A stretch of DNA of 63,244 nucleotides, taken from a virus (Duplodnaviria; Caudoviricetes). The stretch lies in the IMG/VR virus record IMGVR_UViG_3300021961_009334, positions 1 to 63,244 of that record; one strand, written 5' to 3'. Below are positions 1-8,358 of the stretch, piece after piece; position 1 is the stretch's first letter, and each line of letters starts with the position of its first letter. Under the pieces are notes generated by a model that was given only the letters and a program-made list of their open reading frames with translations, did no database searches and was not told the origin of the DNA. The translations under genes and the position numbers were made by a program.

Positions 1-574
1 CCGAGTTCCATCCGCTCAGCACATCAGCATCTTCTATAATTGTGATAAATTTATCCAACATGTCTGCTTCGGATTCACACAGCATGGTGTTTTCAAATTC
101 CTGTTCAATGATTTCCGGATTGGGGAAATCCTTGGGTGGTATGGCTAAAGATATTAGTTGATCCAACCATTGCAGATACACTGTGATCGAAATGATCGGC
201 GCCCAAGCATCTGCGGGTTTGGCATACCCTTTGTTTGGGTCAAAGTCCACCTCGATGTCAAAAAATGCTACTTGGAGTTCCGGAGCATCTTTGTTGAGAT
301 AGTTTTCTTCTAGACAACGAAAGATTGGATTAACGTCAGATTCATACAATCGTTTGCCCGATTGCATGTGGATTTCTCGTTTGAATTCTTTACCTTGTTT
401 GGTAGCAATTCTAGTTACAGAGTTTCCGTAAATGGATTTAAATTTACCTTTAGGATCATCATAATAAAAAACATATCTAGCCGGATATTCAATGTATTTT
501 CTTTCTCCATTGACACGTTCAACTACTGAAATCTTATCAGTATCTCTATCAAAAAATGCATCTACATAACTCAT
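1..574 (-). CDS. Family B DNA polymerase, N-terminal/exonuclease part (runs off window)
   Basis: Not in ORF track; manual translation MSYVDAFFDRDTDKISVVERVNGERKY...VAFFDIEVD (ExoI)...ADVLSGWNS (ExoII); ATG at 574 overlaps the upstream TGA (ATGA). Confidence 0.9.
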   Translation of the reverse strand, partial: MSYVDAFFDRDTDKISVVERVNGERKYIEYPARYVFYYDDPKGKFKSIYGNSVTRIATKQGKEFKREIHMQSGKRLYESDVNPIFRCLEENYLNKDAPELQVAFFDIEVDFDPNKGYAKPADAWAPIISITVYLQWLDQLISLAIPPKDFPNPEIIEQEFENTMLCESEADMLDKFITIIEDADVLSGWNS

Positions 575-795
575 ATTAAATGTGCTATAAAAAGTCCGCC
601 TATTCCTACTAATGATAGCACACTGTTGGTTACTATCAAAGCAGGTTCTTTCCACATAATACTAACAATTAACCAAATGATTCCACCAACTACTAACACA
701 ATTGGTCCTGCAGGATAAAAACCTAAGGAATTAATTGCTGTGCCTACGATAAGTGTTAGAGTGGCGGTCCATTTTAGTAATGTATCTAATTTCAT
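571..795 (-). CDS. Small multi-pass membrane protein
   Basis: 74 aa, about 3 hydrophobic segments, coupled to both neighbours. Confidence 0.7.
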   Translation of the reverse strand: MKLDTLLKWTATLTLIVGTAINSLGFYPAGPIVLVVGGIIWLIVSIMWKEPALIVTNSVLSLVGIGGLFIAHLI

Positions 796-1046
796 TATGC
801 CTTTTTAGCTATGGCTAAAATTTCTTCTAGTTCTTCTATGTCGTGTTTTTCTGATGCTAGTGATTCTTTAAATGCAACAGCAATTGCTTTCGATAACAGT
901 GCTGGTTTAATTTCTAATTCATCTGCCACTGCTTTTACTGTGTCTCTTAAGCCATCTGATAGGTCTTTAACTTCTTGTTTTACTTTGATGCCACTTTCAA
1001 TGACATGTCGTACTTTTGCTTGTTCGTCTGCGTTAAGTGTTTTCAT
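795..1046 (-). CDS. Small dsDNA-binding protein, T4 DsbA/GapR-like
   Basis: 83 aa helical protein with D..KAVADELEIKPALLSKAI pattern; SD AAGGAG; upstream of DNA polymerase. Confidence 0.65.
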   Translation of the reverse strand: MKTLNADEQAKVRHVIESGIKVKQEVKDLSDGLRDTVKAVADELEIKPALLSKAIAVAFKESLASEKHDIEELEEILAIAKKA

Positions 1047-1065
1047 AAGGATCTCCTTGATGTTT

Positions 1066-1094
1066 ATTATAAAACAAAATACTACTTTTGTCTA
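1066..1094 (-). promoter_or_regulatory. Sigma70-like early/middle promoter TAGACA-N17-TATAAT
   Basis: Read on minus strand upstream of SD and 795..1046. Confidence 0.6.
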
Positions 1095-1234
1095 TTAGTT
1101 TTTTTTGAAGATTTTAAAGGAGTGAAATATCTTTTAGTTGGGTGATTTTTGTTTAATGCAAGTCCTCTAGAACCAGGAGATTGAGGACTATTGGTTTGTT
1201 TTGTTGTTGGTATAACTATTTCGGCAAGTTTCAT
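1082..1234 (-). CDS. Small basic protein with MKLAEI N-terminus
   Basis: TAAATA 5 nt upstream of ATG at 1234; the longer track start overlaps the next gene. Confidence 0.6.
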   Translation of the reverse strand: MKLAEIVIPTTKQTNSPQSPGSRGLALNKNHPTKRYFTPLKSSKKTNRQK

Positions 1235-1242
1235 AACAGTAT

Positions 1243-1851
1243 TTACTTTATCCAAGCACCCACTCTGCCGTGTGCTTCTGGACATTCGACATACTGATAA
1301 CCGGCTGGCGGTGTGGTGTCTTGCCCCTGCCACACAGGAATAAATTCTTCATTGTCGTAATCAAAATCTGGATTGCGTCTTAGATGAACTTCTATTAGTT
1401 TACCGCCTATATATTCACAGTTCATCCAACGATATTTCAATGTCAAAGGCCATAAAAGTTTTGGTATTTTAATCTGTTGTTTGACTTTAAGCCAACGATC
1501 CCAACGAGTAAAAGTGTTGTCAGGTTTAAATCCTTGAACGCTGAGTATCTGCCGGCCCCATTCATAGTCAACAGAGATGTGATCACCTTCGAATATTTCA
1601 CACCAAAACGATCCGGGTGGCAAATGATCAGTCCAGCCTTTCACAGTGAGTTGTTCAAACGAAGCACCCAATCCAAGTCCCACACCATTCACACACGGTC
1701 GCACAATGTATTTGCCGTCTTGTGGTACATCAACCCCAGCTGGTCCACAAATATATCCTAAACGTCTAGCTAGAATAAGTTTGTCAAATATCCAAATGTC
1801 TTGGGGGTCAGTGTTTAACCAAGCAATGTCTTCTTGAGAATCTAATTTCAC
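1243..1851 (-). CDS. Putative ATP-grasp-like protein
   Basis: YIVRP..N..G.G, FWCEIFEGDHISVDY, NCEYIGGKLIEVHLRRN resemble ATP-grasp elements. Confidence 0.45.
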   Translation of the reverse strand: MKLDSQEDIAWLNTDPQDIWIFDKLILARRLGYICGPAGVDVPQDGKYIVRPCVNGVGLGLGASFEQLTVKGWTDHLPPGSFWCEIFEGDHISVDYEWGRQILSVQGFKPDNTFTRWDRWLKVKQQIKIPKLLWPLTLKYRWMNCEYIGGKLIEVHLRRNPDFDYDNEEFIPVWQGQDTTPPAGYQYVECPEAHGRVGAWIK

Positions 1852-2484
1852 TTATGAAATATAGTTTACAGTAATTTCTTCCTTTTTTCTAGTAGAAAAA
1901 ACAAGATCTTTATTAACAGCGTGTACTCTTCGATTTTGATTACGATCTTTGTAACCAACCCCCATAATTAATGAAGGTTTGTTTTCAAGTTTTAAGTATT
2001 GTTGAATAGCATCTGTATCAAAACATTGACAACAACCAGTCGAATAGTAAAGCATACTAGCTGTTAAATTTAAGTATCCGGCAGCTATACCAATAGATGT
2101 GTTGAGATCTCTGACATAACAGTCATAATCTTCATGATTAGTAACTTTTTGATGATACTGACTAGACATTTTAGAATAGTCAATTGCCTCAAACACAAAT
2201 ATAGCATTGGCTAAAACTTGACTGTTTGTAGTCATTTCAAATTTATTAGTTTTTATATTTTTTGCACTTGTTCCAGGAGATAATTCGTGAACTTTAGCAA
2301 TTACATCTTTATTAGTAATGACATGTAAATTATAAAATTTGTGATTTTGTTTGCTGGGGCAGTTTGTAGCTGCATAAACTAACAGTTCTAAATCTTCGCT
2401 GGGAATTTCTTTAGATAAGTCAAAGTTTCTTTGACAGTGTTGACTTCTTATCACTGCTTTTTTAATGTCTAATAGTTGTTCCAT
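1852..2484 (-). CDS. Nitroreductase-family (FMN) protein
   Basis: RSQHCQRNFD...LLVYAATNCPSKQN; GIAAGYLNLTASML..STGC; strong SD AGGAGGT. Confidence 0.8.
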   Translation of the reverse strand: MEQLLDIKKAVIRSQHCQRNFDLSKEIPSEDLELLVYAATNCPSKQNHKFYNLHVITNKDVIAKVHELSPGTSAKNIKTNKFEMTTNSQVLANAIFVFEAIDYSKMSSQYHQKVTNHEDYDCYVRDLNTSIGIAAGYLNLTASMLYYSTGCCQCFDTDAIQQYLKLENKPSLIMGVGYKDRNQNRRVHAVNKDLVFSTRKKEEITVNYIS

Positions 2485-2510
2485 TTGTCTACCTCCTATA
2501 ATTTTTTATA

Positions 2511-2921
2511 TTACCATTTTCTACAAGACCAATATCTTGCTTTAGTTCTTGGTCCTGGATTTGCACAATTATGTCTAGCTCTAAACGATCTACGTCTTGC
2601 AGGAATGTATTTTTTAATTTTCATATTAGGATCCCCAAAATTTACTTTTTTGATGTTGCCGGTTTTGGGGTCTTTTACATACACTTTAAATTTTTTAACA
2701 TCTCCACGCATAGGTTTTCCTAATGGAACTTTTCTTCCTCTGTATTCTGCTTCCAGTGTGGAAATTAGTTTACCTGCTACTTCATCTGTATACAATAATA
2801 TGTTATTATTGTGAACTTCAACTATAGGAGCATCTATAGCCAATGCATCACCAAATTCAAATGTAAAAATATCTCCTGATTTAGGCGTTTCTAACAGTTC
2901 ATTTAACTCGTACAGTTTCAT
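2511..2921 (-). CDS. Basic phage protein, putative internal head/DNA-binding protein
   Basis: MKLYEL start; C-terminal KKFKVYVKDPKTGN.KKVNFGDPNM...SFRARHNC...ARYWSCRKW module. Confidence 0.7.
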   Translation of the reverse strand: MKLYELNELLETPKSGDIFTFEFGDALAIDAPIVEVHNNNILLYTDEVAGKLISTLEAEYRGRKVPLGKPMRGDVKKFKVYVKDPKTGNIKKVNFGDPNMKIKKYIPARRRSFRARHNCANPGPRTKARYWSCRKW

Positions 2922-3142
2922 AATTTCTTCTCAATGATATTTATAATGTCTTGAATCGTAACTATTTTTTCAACATCACTGTCTTCTATAGTAATATTCA
3001 ATTTATCTTCTAAATCCATAACAATTTCATAAGCAGATAGGCTATCGGCGCCTAGATCATCAATTAATTTTGCAGTAGGAACTAACTTTGACTCATCGTC
3101 TGTGAGCGTTTTTTTAAGGGTTTCTAATAGTGTAGATTGCAT
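2918..3142 (-). CDS. acpP: Acyl carrier protein
   Basis: DDLGADSL phosphopantetheine site, EIVMDLEDKLNITIED; start at ATG 3142 gives 74 aa. Confidence 0.85.
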   Translation of the reverse strand: MQSTLLETLKKTLTDDESKLVPTAKLIDDLGADSLSAYEIVMDLEDKLNITIEDSDVEKIVTIQDIINIIEKKL

Positions 3143-3146
3143 CAGT

Positions 3147-3398
3147 TTATTTTGTTTTGACGTTTTTGGCAGGGCCTCGTCTGTTCTTGTTGGGATCTTC
3201 CCTGCGTTTGCGTGACGCCGCTGTGGCTCTGCCTTTTTTGCCCAGTGCATGTGCTTTGGATTGTGGTAGACATTTGGGTTTGCCTTCTTCAGATGATCCT
3301 CTGGCACAATCGCCACGGATCTTGCCGTCGGGGCCAAACCTAACCCATTTTTCCTTGAACCATTTTTTGAGATTTTCGTCTATTTCGTATAACTTCAT
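3147..3398 (-). CDS. Small basic protein, putative internal head protein
   Basis: MKLYEIDE then LKKWFKEKWV...KPKCLP...RKRRED. Confidence 0.75.
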   Translation of the reverse strand: MKLYEIDENLKKWFKEKWVRFGPDGKIRGDCARGSSEEGKPKCLPQSKAHALGKKGRATAASRKRREDPNKNRRGPAKNVKTK

Positions 3399-4600
3399 TA
3401 CTTGCTGTTGCCCCAGTTAGAAGCGCCTACTTTGCGGCACTTAACAAGAGCACCAGAGGCATAAGCTGATGGCCATACTTTGTATCGTGATTTTACTTTG
3501 TGATAGCAGGCATCCTTTTCGCCTGCCGCTTCGTCGAATTCTTCTTCTGTTATTGCTACAGATTCTTTGACCTTTTCTTTTTTTTCATCTGATGAGTGTC
3601 CAAAATATTTGTGCACCAACCGGTCTAATTCTGTGTGAAATGAGTCGATAGTTTCATCAGACACATCTTCTTGTGTTTTGATTCTTTTTAGCATGGTCAT
3701 AGTTTTTTGAGTTTCTTGTGGGTCCATGCCTATCATTTGTTTGAAAGCTTGTGCAAGAGATCTAATTTGAGGTAGTGCAGTTACTGGTTGACCTAGTTTT
3801 AGTTTCATTACTGCCTGCATGAATTGAGTTTTGTCATCTACACCTGGAAATAAATTTACAATTTGTTGAACGCCTAAAGATCCTTTTATTTTTTGTGATT
3901 GCTCCACTCCATCTTCATACACAGAATTTAAAGTTCTGGTTTTGCCTTTGCCAAGGAAACCTGTGGCACCCATATTGGCTTTGAATTTGTCTTCTGGACT
4001 AGATCCACCAAAAGTAAAATTTCCATATTGTCTAAGCACTGCTTTGATTTCTTCCACGTTCATATTAAGCATACTTGACATGATAGGCAATACTTCTTCG
4101 TCATCTCTGTCATGCAACACTGCTGAAGTGTAGAAGGTGACCAGCATGTCATAAAATCCAGGTGATTTTTTTATTTTAGCCATTGCCACAGAATCTGAAC
4201 CCATAGGATTTACACTCTTAGAAAAATCGTCTTTACCGTCTTCTTCCACAGCATCCTTGTCCATTCTTCTGCGTTCTTTGTTGGCATCTTTTTTAATCTG
4301 TTTCTTAACCACATTCATTGCTCGCTTGGTCAAAACTTCTGGTTTGGCATCTCTTCCTTTTTGAGTAGGCACATCCTGTTCACCTATTAATTTTTGTATG
4401 ATTCGATTTTGAGCAATTTTTGGATTTTGTTCTGCTATTTTTATTAAAAAGTTTCGTGGTTGAACACCATTTGCTTTAGCCATTTCTCTGACCATTTTTT
4501 CGAAATCTAGTAATTTTTCTTTAGGACTAAGCGGTTTTGTTTCTTTAGTTTTTGTTTTTTCTTCTATAATTGAATTCAAAATATCTTGTAAAAGGGACAT
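3398..4600 (-). CDS. Modular putative internal virion protein
   Basis: 400 aa; modules separated by hydrophobic-x-E sites; C-terminal KDACYHKVKSRYKVWPSAYASGALVKCRK; TAAATA 5 nt upstream. Confidence 0.65.
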   Translation of the reverse strand: MSLLQDILNSIIEEKTKTKETKPLSPKEKLLDFEKMVREMAKANGVQPRNFLIKIAEQNPKIAQNRIIQKLIGEQDVPTQKGRDAKPEVLTKRAMNVVKKQIKKDANKERRRMDKDAVEEDGKDDFSKSVNPMGSDSVAMAKIKKSPGFYDMLVTFYTSAVLHDRDDEEVLPIMSSMLNMNVEEIKAVLRQYGNFTFGGSSPEDKFKANMGATGFLGKGKTRTLNSVYEDGVEQSQKIKGSLGVQQIVNLFPGVDDKTQFMQAVMKLKLGQPVTALPQIRSLAQAFKQMIGMDPQETQKTMTMLKRIKTQEDVSDETIDSFHTELDRLVHKYFGHSSDEKKEKVKESVAITEEEFDEAAGEKDACYHKVKSRYKVWPSAYASGALVKCRKVGASNWGNSK

Positions 4601-4608
4601 GAATGTAT

Positions 4609-4857
4609 TTATTTTCTTTTAATGACGTTGGCTCCAAACAAACTGGTATCCATATCTAAAGCATTGTCTGAGGGTTTTTGCTTTTTTGGTTTGGGTTGTG
4701 GCGGTGATTTTGTACCAGATCTGCCTGGTGAACCAATATAATATTTTTTACCCCTAGCAGATCCTGGTGAAAGATGTGGATTTACAACAGATGCAATATT
4801 ACCGGATGATGTAGCGCCTGCTGTTGCTTGTTCTTTAATGATATCACTGATCTTCAT
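4609..4857 (-). CDS. Small basic protein (MKISDIIKE start)
   Basis: 82 aa; TAAGTA 5 nt upstream of ATG. Confidence 0.65.
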   Translation of the reverse strand: MKISDIIKEQATAGATSSGNIASVVNPHLSPGSARGKKYYIGSPGRSGTKSPPQPKPKKQKPSDNALDMDTSLFGANVIKRK

Positions 4858-4861
4858 ACAA

Positions 4862-5059
4862 CTACTTATTCCTGCCTGATTTCATGTTGGCACACCAGTG
4901 ATACATTTTAGATTTCTCACCTGATGACTTTTTTGCTTTTGTCCTTAAACTTGTAACAGAACCTTTGCAACTAGCGCCAGATCGTTTGACTCTACCTGGG
5001 CGTGATTTGCCTTTTACTTTGCCGTCAGCAAAATTCTCTAATATTTCTCTAATCAGCAT
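4862..5059 (-). CDS. Small basic protein (MLIREILE start)
   Basis: 65 aa K/R-rich with C..HWCANM; TAAATA 5 nt upstream. Confidence 0.7.
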   Translation of the reverse strand: MLIREILENFADGKVKGKSRPGRVKRSGASCKGSVTSLRTKAKKSSGEKSKMYHWCANMKSGRNK

Positions 5060-5085
5060 AAAATTATTTACTTGAAATTATATTT

Positions 5086-5865
5086 CTACGGTATTGGTCT
5101 GCCTTCTTGGTGTAGTTGCCAAAGATCATCTGGTTGTTTTGCTGAGTACCATGCTTCTGACTTAGTGAATAAATGATATTCATTTTTGTCAAGCCATTGT
5201 TGTATTACTTGAGCAAATCTCCAATTGTTTTCTACATTCATATGACAAGGTCGATTGTCTTTATTTTTTCCATAACGATTATTCAAATAATTATTTGTTG
5301 GGGGGTAAAAGGTATCTAATTGACTAATTTTTCCTAACCACATATCATCCGAATCTAACTCTTTGTACAAACTATTAATATTCGTAGGGATGAATAATGC
5401 ATCTGTTCTAGATTGATTTATTGATGACAATAATAATCTATGAAATGTTAAATCTACATAATCGCATTGTAAGTTGGTAAAATATTTCATTAATGTTTCT
5501 TGCATTTCTAAATCATATTCTCCAGGAGTAATATTTTGAATACCAGTGCAAAAATCACTACCATCTTTTATACTAGGTTGTACAAAAGTTTTTTTTAAAC
5601 TAGCAGTATGTACACTTGGTTTATAATCTTTGTTCATAATGTTGCCAAACCACAATCTTCCTGGAGTGGTGACTATAAAAATCACACGATCATAATTTTC
5701 ATGTGTCAAATCGAATTGTGTTTTACTCCAGTGTAGATTACTACCGGGCGCACCATGTACAGTTACATCATACCCCCATTGTTTTAATCGTGCAGGCCAT
5801 CTAGTATGTCCTAGTTCTGGTTCACTACAACAAGTAAAACTATCTCCGTAAATTCCGATCTTCAT
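5086..5865 (-). CDS. SGNH/GDSL-like hydrolase or acyltransferase
   Basis: IYGDSF, GAPGSN, C-terminal RPCH...N. Confidence 0.65.
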   Translation of the reverse strand: MKIGIYGDSFTCCSEPELGHTRWPARLKQWGYDVTVHGAPGSNLHWSKTQFDLTHENYDRVIFIVTTPGRLWFGNIMNKDYKPSVHTASLKKTFVQPSIKDGSDFCTGIQNITPGEYDLEMQETLMKYFTNLQCDYVDLTFHRLLLSSINQSRTDALFIPTNINSLYKELDSDDMWLGKISQLDTFYPPTNNYLNNRYGKNKDNRPCHMNVENNWRFAQVIQQWLDKNEYHLFTKSEAWYSAKQPDDLWQLHQEGRPIP

Positions 5866-5876
5866 TTTAAAAATAC

Positions 5877-6881
5877 TTATTGAAAATTATAATCACTGTT
5901 ATTACATTCTAAACAAGTTTTACTAGAAGTCCACATTGATGGAACATACTGCCGATAAAAATCATTTTCAAGGATTTTATCCAATGTAATTTTATTGATA
6001 TTATTAAAGTTTTTTCCAAATTTTGTTTGTAGGTAATAGTAATTCCATTCTTTGTTGTATAATTTTTCCTCAGATGTAAAACAACAAGGCCACACAAGAC
6101 CATTACTGTCTAGTTGCAACCATCTTTCTTCCATCCATGGACAACTTACTTTTATGTTTTGATCATAATCAGGAGTGGTGATTTGTTTAAAAGTTTCGTT
6201 GTATTTAATTTGATATTCGACAGCATCGATCTTGTCGGGTGCAGTGATTATTCGTTGTGGAAAATTTTTATACTGAACTGCTTCGATTGTTGGTTGATAA
6301 CTGTTATGCAGATAAAATCTAGCAAAACCTAATTTTCGAGATATTTCTTTTGCTGATTGAATTTGATGTTTATTGTGATCAAAAATTATCATTCTCCATT
6401 CAGCAATACCTCCTTCATCTATAAAACATTTTGCATGTTCTATCACAGTGTCATAGTTAATGTTTCTTCTATAAATTGAAAGAGTATCGTCAAGTCCATC
6501 TAAAGCGAATGCTATCATATGATGAGAGAATTTTTGTAAAAGTTGGCTTAATTGTCTCCAAAAATTATTTGATTGCATACCTCCGTTGGTCATTACTTTT
6601 ACATCTAATGTAGGTTTTATTTTCAACAAATGTTCAATCATGTTTAAAAATTCAGGATGCATACAACAGTCTCCAAAATTACCATTAAAATAAATGCTTT
6701 TGATGTGTTTAAGGTTATGATTAGACATAATGTTACACCAATCTTCATAAACAATATGATTGAGTTTCAAAGAAGGGTTTAATTTGCCACCGCGTAAATT
6801 TCTAGCACAACTAGGACAAAATGAATTACAATATGTGGTTGGTTCTATTTGAAGCTGATGAATGTTTTCAAAAGAATACAA
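5877..6881 (-). CDS. Radical SAM protein with C-terminal SPASM/twitch domain
   Basis: CNSFCPSC; GNFGDCCMHP; TNGG; FALDG; C...VWPCC...CLEC. Confidence 0.9.
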   Translation of the reverse strand: MYSFENIHQLQIEPTTYCNSFCPSCARNLRGGKLNPSLKLNHIVYEDWCNIMSNHNLKHIKSIYFNGNFGDCCMHPEFLNMIEHLLKIKPTLDVKVMTNGGMQSNNFWRQLSQLLQKFSHHMIAFALDGLDDTLSIYRRNINYDTVIEHAKCFIDEGGIAEWRMIIFDHNKHQIQSAKEISRKLGFARFYLHNSYQPTIEAVQYKNFPQRIITAPDKIDAVEYQIKYNETFKQITTPDYDQNIKVSCPWMEERWLQLDSNGLVWPCCFTSEEKLYNKEWNYYYLQTKFGKNFNNINKITLDKILENDFYRQYVPSMWTSSKTCLECNNSDYNFQ

Positions 6882-6882
6882 A

Positions 6883-7566
6883 TTAACTTTCTATTTTGTG
6901 TTGTAAAGCAGGATAAAGATTGGTGATGAAATCTATCAATTGATTAGACCACGTAATATGGCCTTGCGAGTTAGGATGTCTGTCCTCTGTACTAACTCTA
7001 TACCCATTTTCGTTGACATAATCCAATTGACTGTAGGCAGGACTGTAAACATGAGTCCAGTCTATGGCATCATATAAAACTTTGTGATCTTGGTAACTAG
7101 GATTTATTTCAGAAGGTAATCCATGATACATCACATATCTAATATTATTGTGTTTGAAATAAGTTTGGAGATTTAACATGGTGTTCAGCATAAACAGTGA
7201 ATGGTCTTGATCCAAATCATAACCAGGAAGTTTTTTGATCCAGTCTGATTCCACTAATGTCTGCCATGTACGCCATGTAGTGGATTGTTTTGGATGTGGT
7301 TTCCAATTATCATTGGTGGGATAATCTCTTCGGAATGGAGAAGTCCATTCTATTAAAGCAAAAGTATTTTCTTTAAATTGAGGATAAGTTTCATAGAATA
7401 TTTTAGTGACCACATCGATTCTGTAATTGCCTCTGCCACCTCTACCAAAATGATGTAGTTTTAAACCAAAATAATCGCTGATCAATTGTCCGGGATATTC
7501 CTTGACATGTGCTTTGGAATTGGGAGAATTGAATGAACATCCATTTGAATATATCCCTGTAATCAC
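6883..7566 (-). CDS. SGNH-like protein
   Basis: YSNGCSF, GGRGN, DRHPNSQGH; start probably GTG 7566 or ATG 7572. Confidence 0.7.
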   Translation of the reverse strand: MITGIYSNGCSFNSPNSKAHVKEYPGQLISDYFGLKLHHFGRGGRGNYRIDVVTKIFYETYPQFKENTFALIEWTSPFRRDYPTNDNWKPHPKQSTTWRTWQTLVESDWIKKLPGYDLDQDHSLFMLNTMLNLQTYFKHNNIRYVMYHGLPSEINPSYQDHKVLYDAIDWTHVYSPAYSQLDYVNENGYRVSTEDRHPNSQGHITWSNQLIDFITNLYPALQHKIES

Positions 7567-7571
7567 TGCCA

Positions 7572-7577
7572 TAATTA
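7572..7577. promoter_or_regulatory. Palindromic TAATTA late-type element between two divergent starts
   Basis: 5 nt from ATG 7583 (+) and 5 nt from GTG 7566 (-). Confidence 0.5.
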
Positions 7578-7582
7578 TATGT

Positions 7583-8191
7583 ATGACGGGCAAACACTTT
7601 GTAGATGCTGTTTTGAACACTCCTATCAACAGTGATCCGTGGGATCATCAAATAGTTCAAAATAGTTTGCCTGATGATTTTTTCAAAAACTTACAACAAC
7701 AATGCGATTCTTTATTGACATTTGACACCAAAGGAGAATTGTATTTTGTCATGCCGGATCAAATGCAAAAACATGGAATTAATTTATATGATGAAATATA
7801 TGAAATTGCTGAAAAAATCTACACCAATGCTAAAAAATTAACCAAAGGATTGTATTATAAACCACGCTGGTATCAAAACCACACAGTGTATGCTTATATT
7901 TCCGTGACACCTCCTCTGCCATACAAGTTTGAAATTCATGAAGAAAAACAGTCTAAATTCTGGAGCAGTGTGACTTATATCACTCCTCAGAAAAATGTTG
8001 GAACAAAAATGTATGAAACAAAAGATCCAAAAACCTTTGTGAAAGAGTCTCCTTGGCAACCTAACAGTACATTTGTGTTTTGTGGCAAAAAAGGCAACAC
8101 CTGGCATTCCTATGAAAGCAGTGAAACTTCAAATAGGATCACTCTCAATTTTTTCTTGATGGATGCTCAGGGTGGAAGATATCTGATCTAA
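7583..8191 (+). CDS. 2OG-Fe(II) oxygenase-like protein
   Basis: FEIHEE, VTYI..GTKMY, W.PN..FVF, TWHSY, RITLN (H-x-E...H...R). Confidence 0.7.
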   Translation: MTGKHFVDAVLNTPINSDPWDHQIVQNSLPDDFFKNLQQQCDSLLTFDTKGELYFVMPDQMQKHGINLYDEIYEIAEKIYTNAKKLTKGLYYKPRWYQNHTVYAYISVTPPLPYKFEIHEEKQSKFWSSVTYITPQKNVGTKMYETKDPKTFVKESPWQPNSTFVFCGKKGNTWHSYESSETSNRITLNFFLMDAQGGRYLI

Positions 8192-8355
8192 CTTACAGAT
8201 TTTGATTTGGTTGAGCCACCCGCTTGGCGTTTGCGTCTGCCAGCACAGTGAGCTCGTTGTGAAAACCCTTTAGGGTTAGAACAGTTGATTGCTTTTTTGT
8301 ATTTCTTGCTCCACTGCTCTAACAGTTCAACTGTATAGAGTTCAGAGAGTTTCAT
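8188..8355 (-). CDS. Small basic protein, 55 aa (not in ORF track)
   Basis: MKLSELYTVELLEQWSKKYKKAINCSNPKGFSQRAHCAGRRKRQAGGSTKSKSVS. Confidence 0.75.
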   Translation of the reverse strand: MKLSELYTVELLEQWSKKYKKAINCSNPKGFSQRAHCAGRRKRQAGGSTKSKSVS

Positions 8356-8358
8356 CGA

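Noticed and set aside
2918-3337. 139-aa extended ACP from the ORF track
   Set aside because: Extension overlaps the 3147..3398 gene; ACP domain starts at ATG 3142
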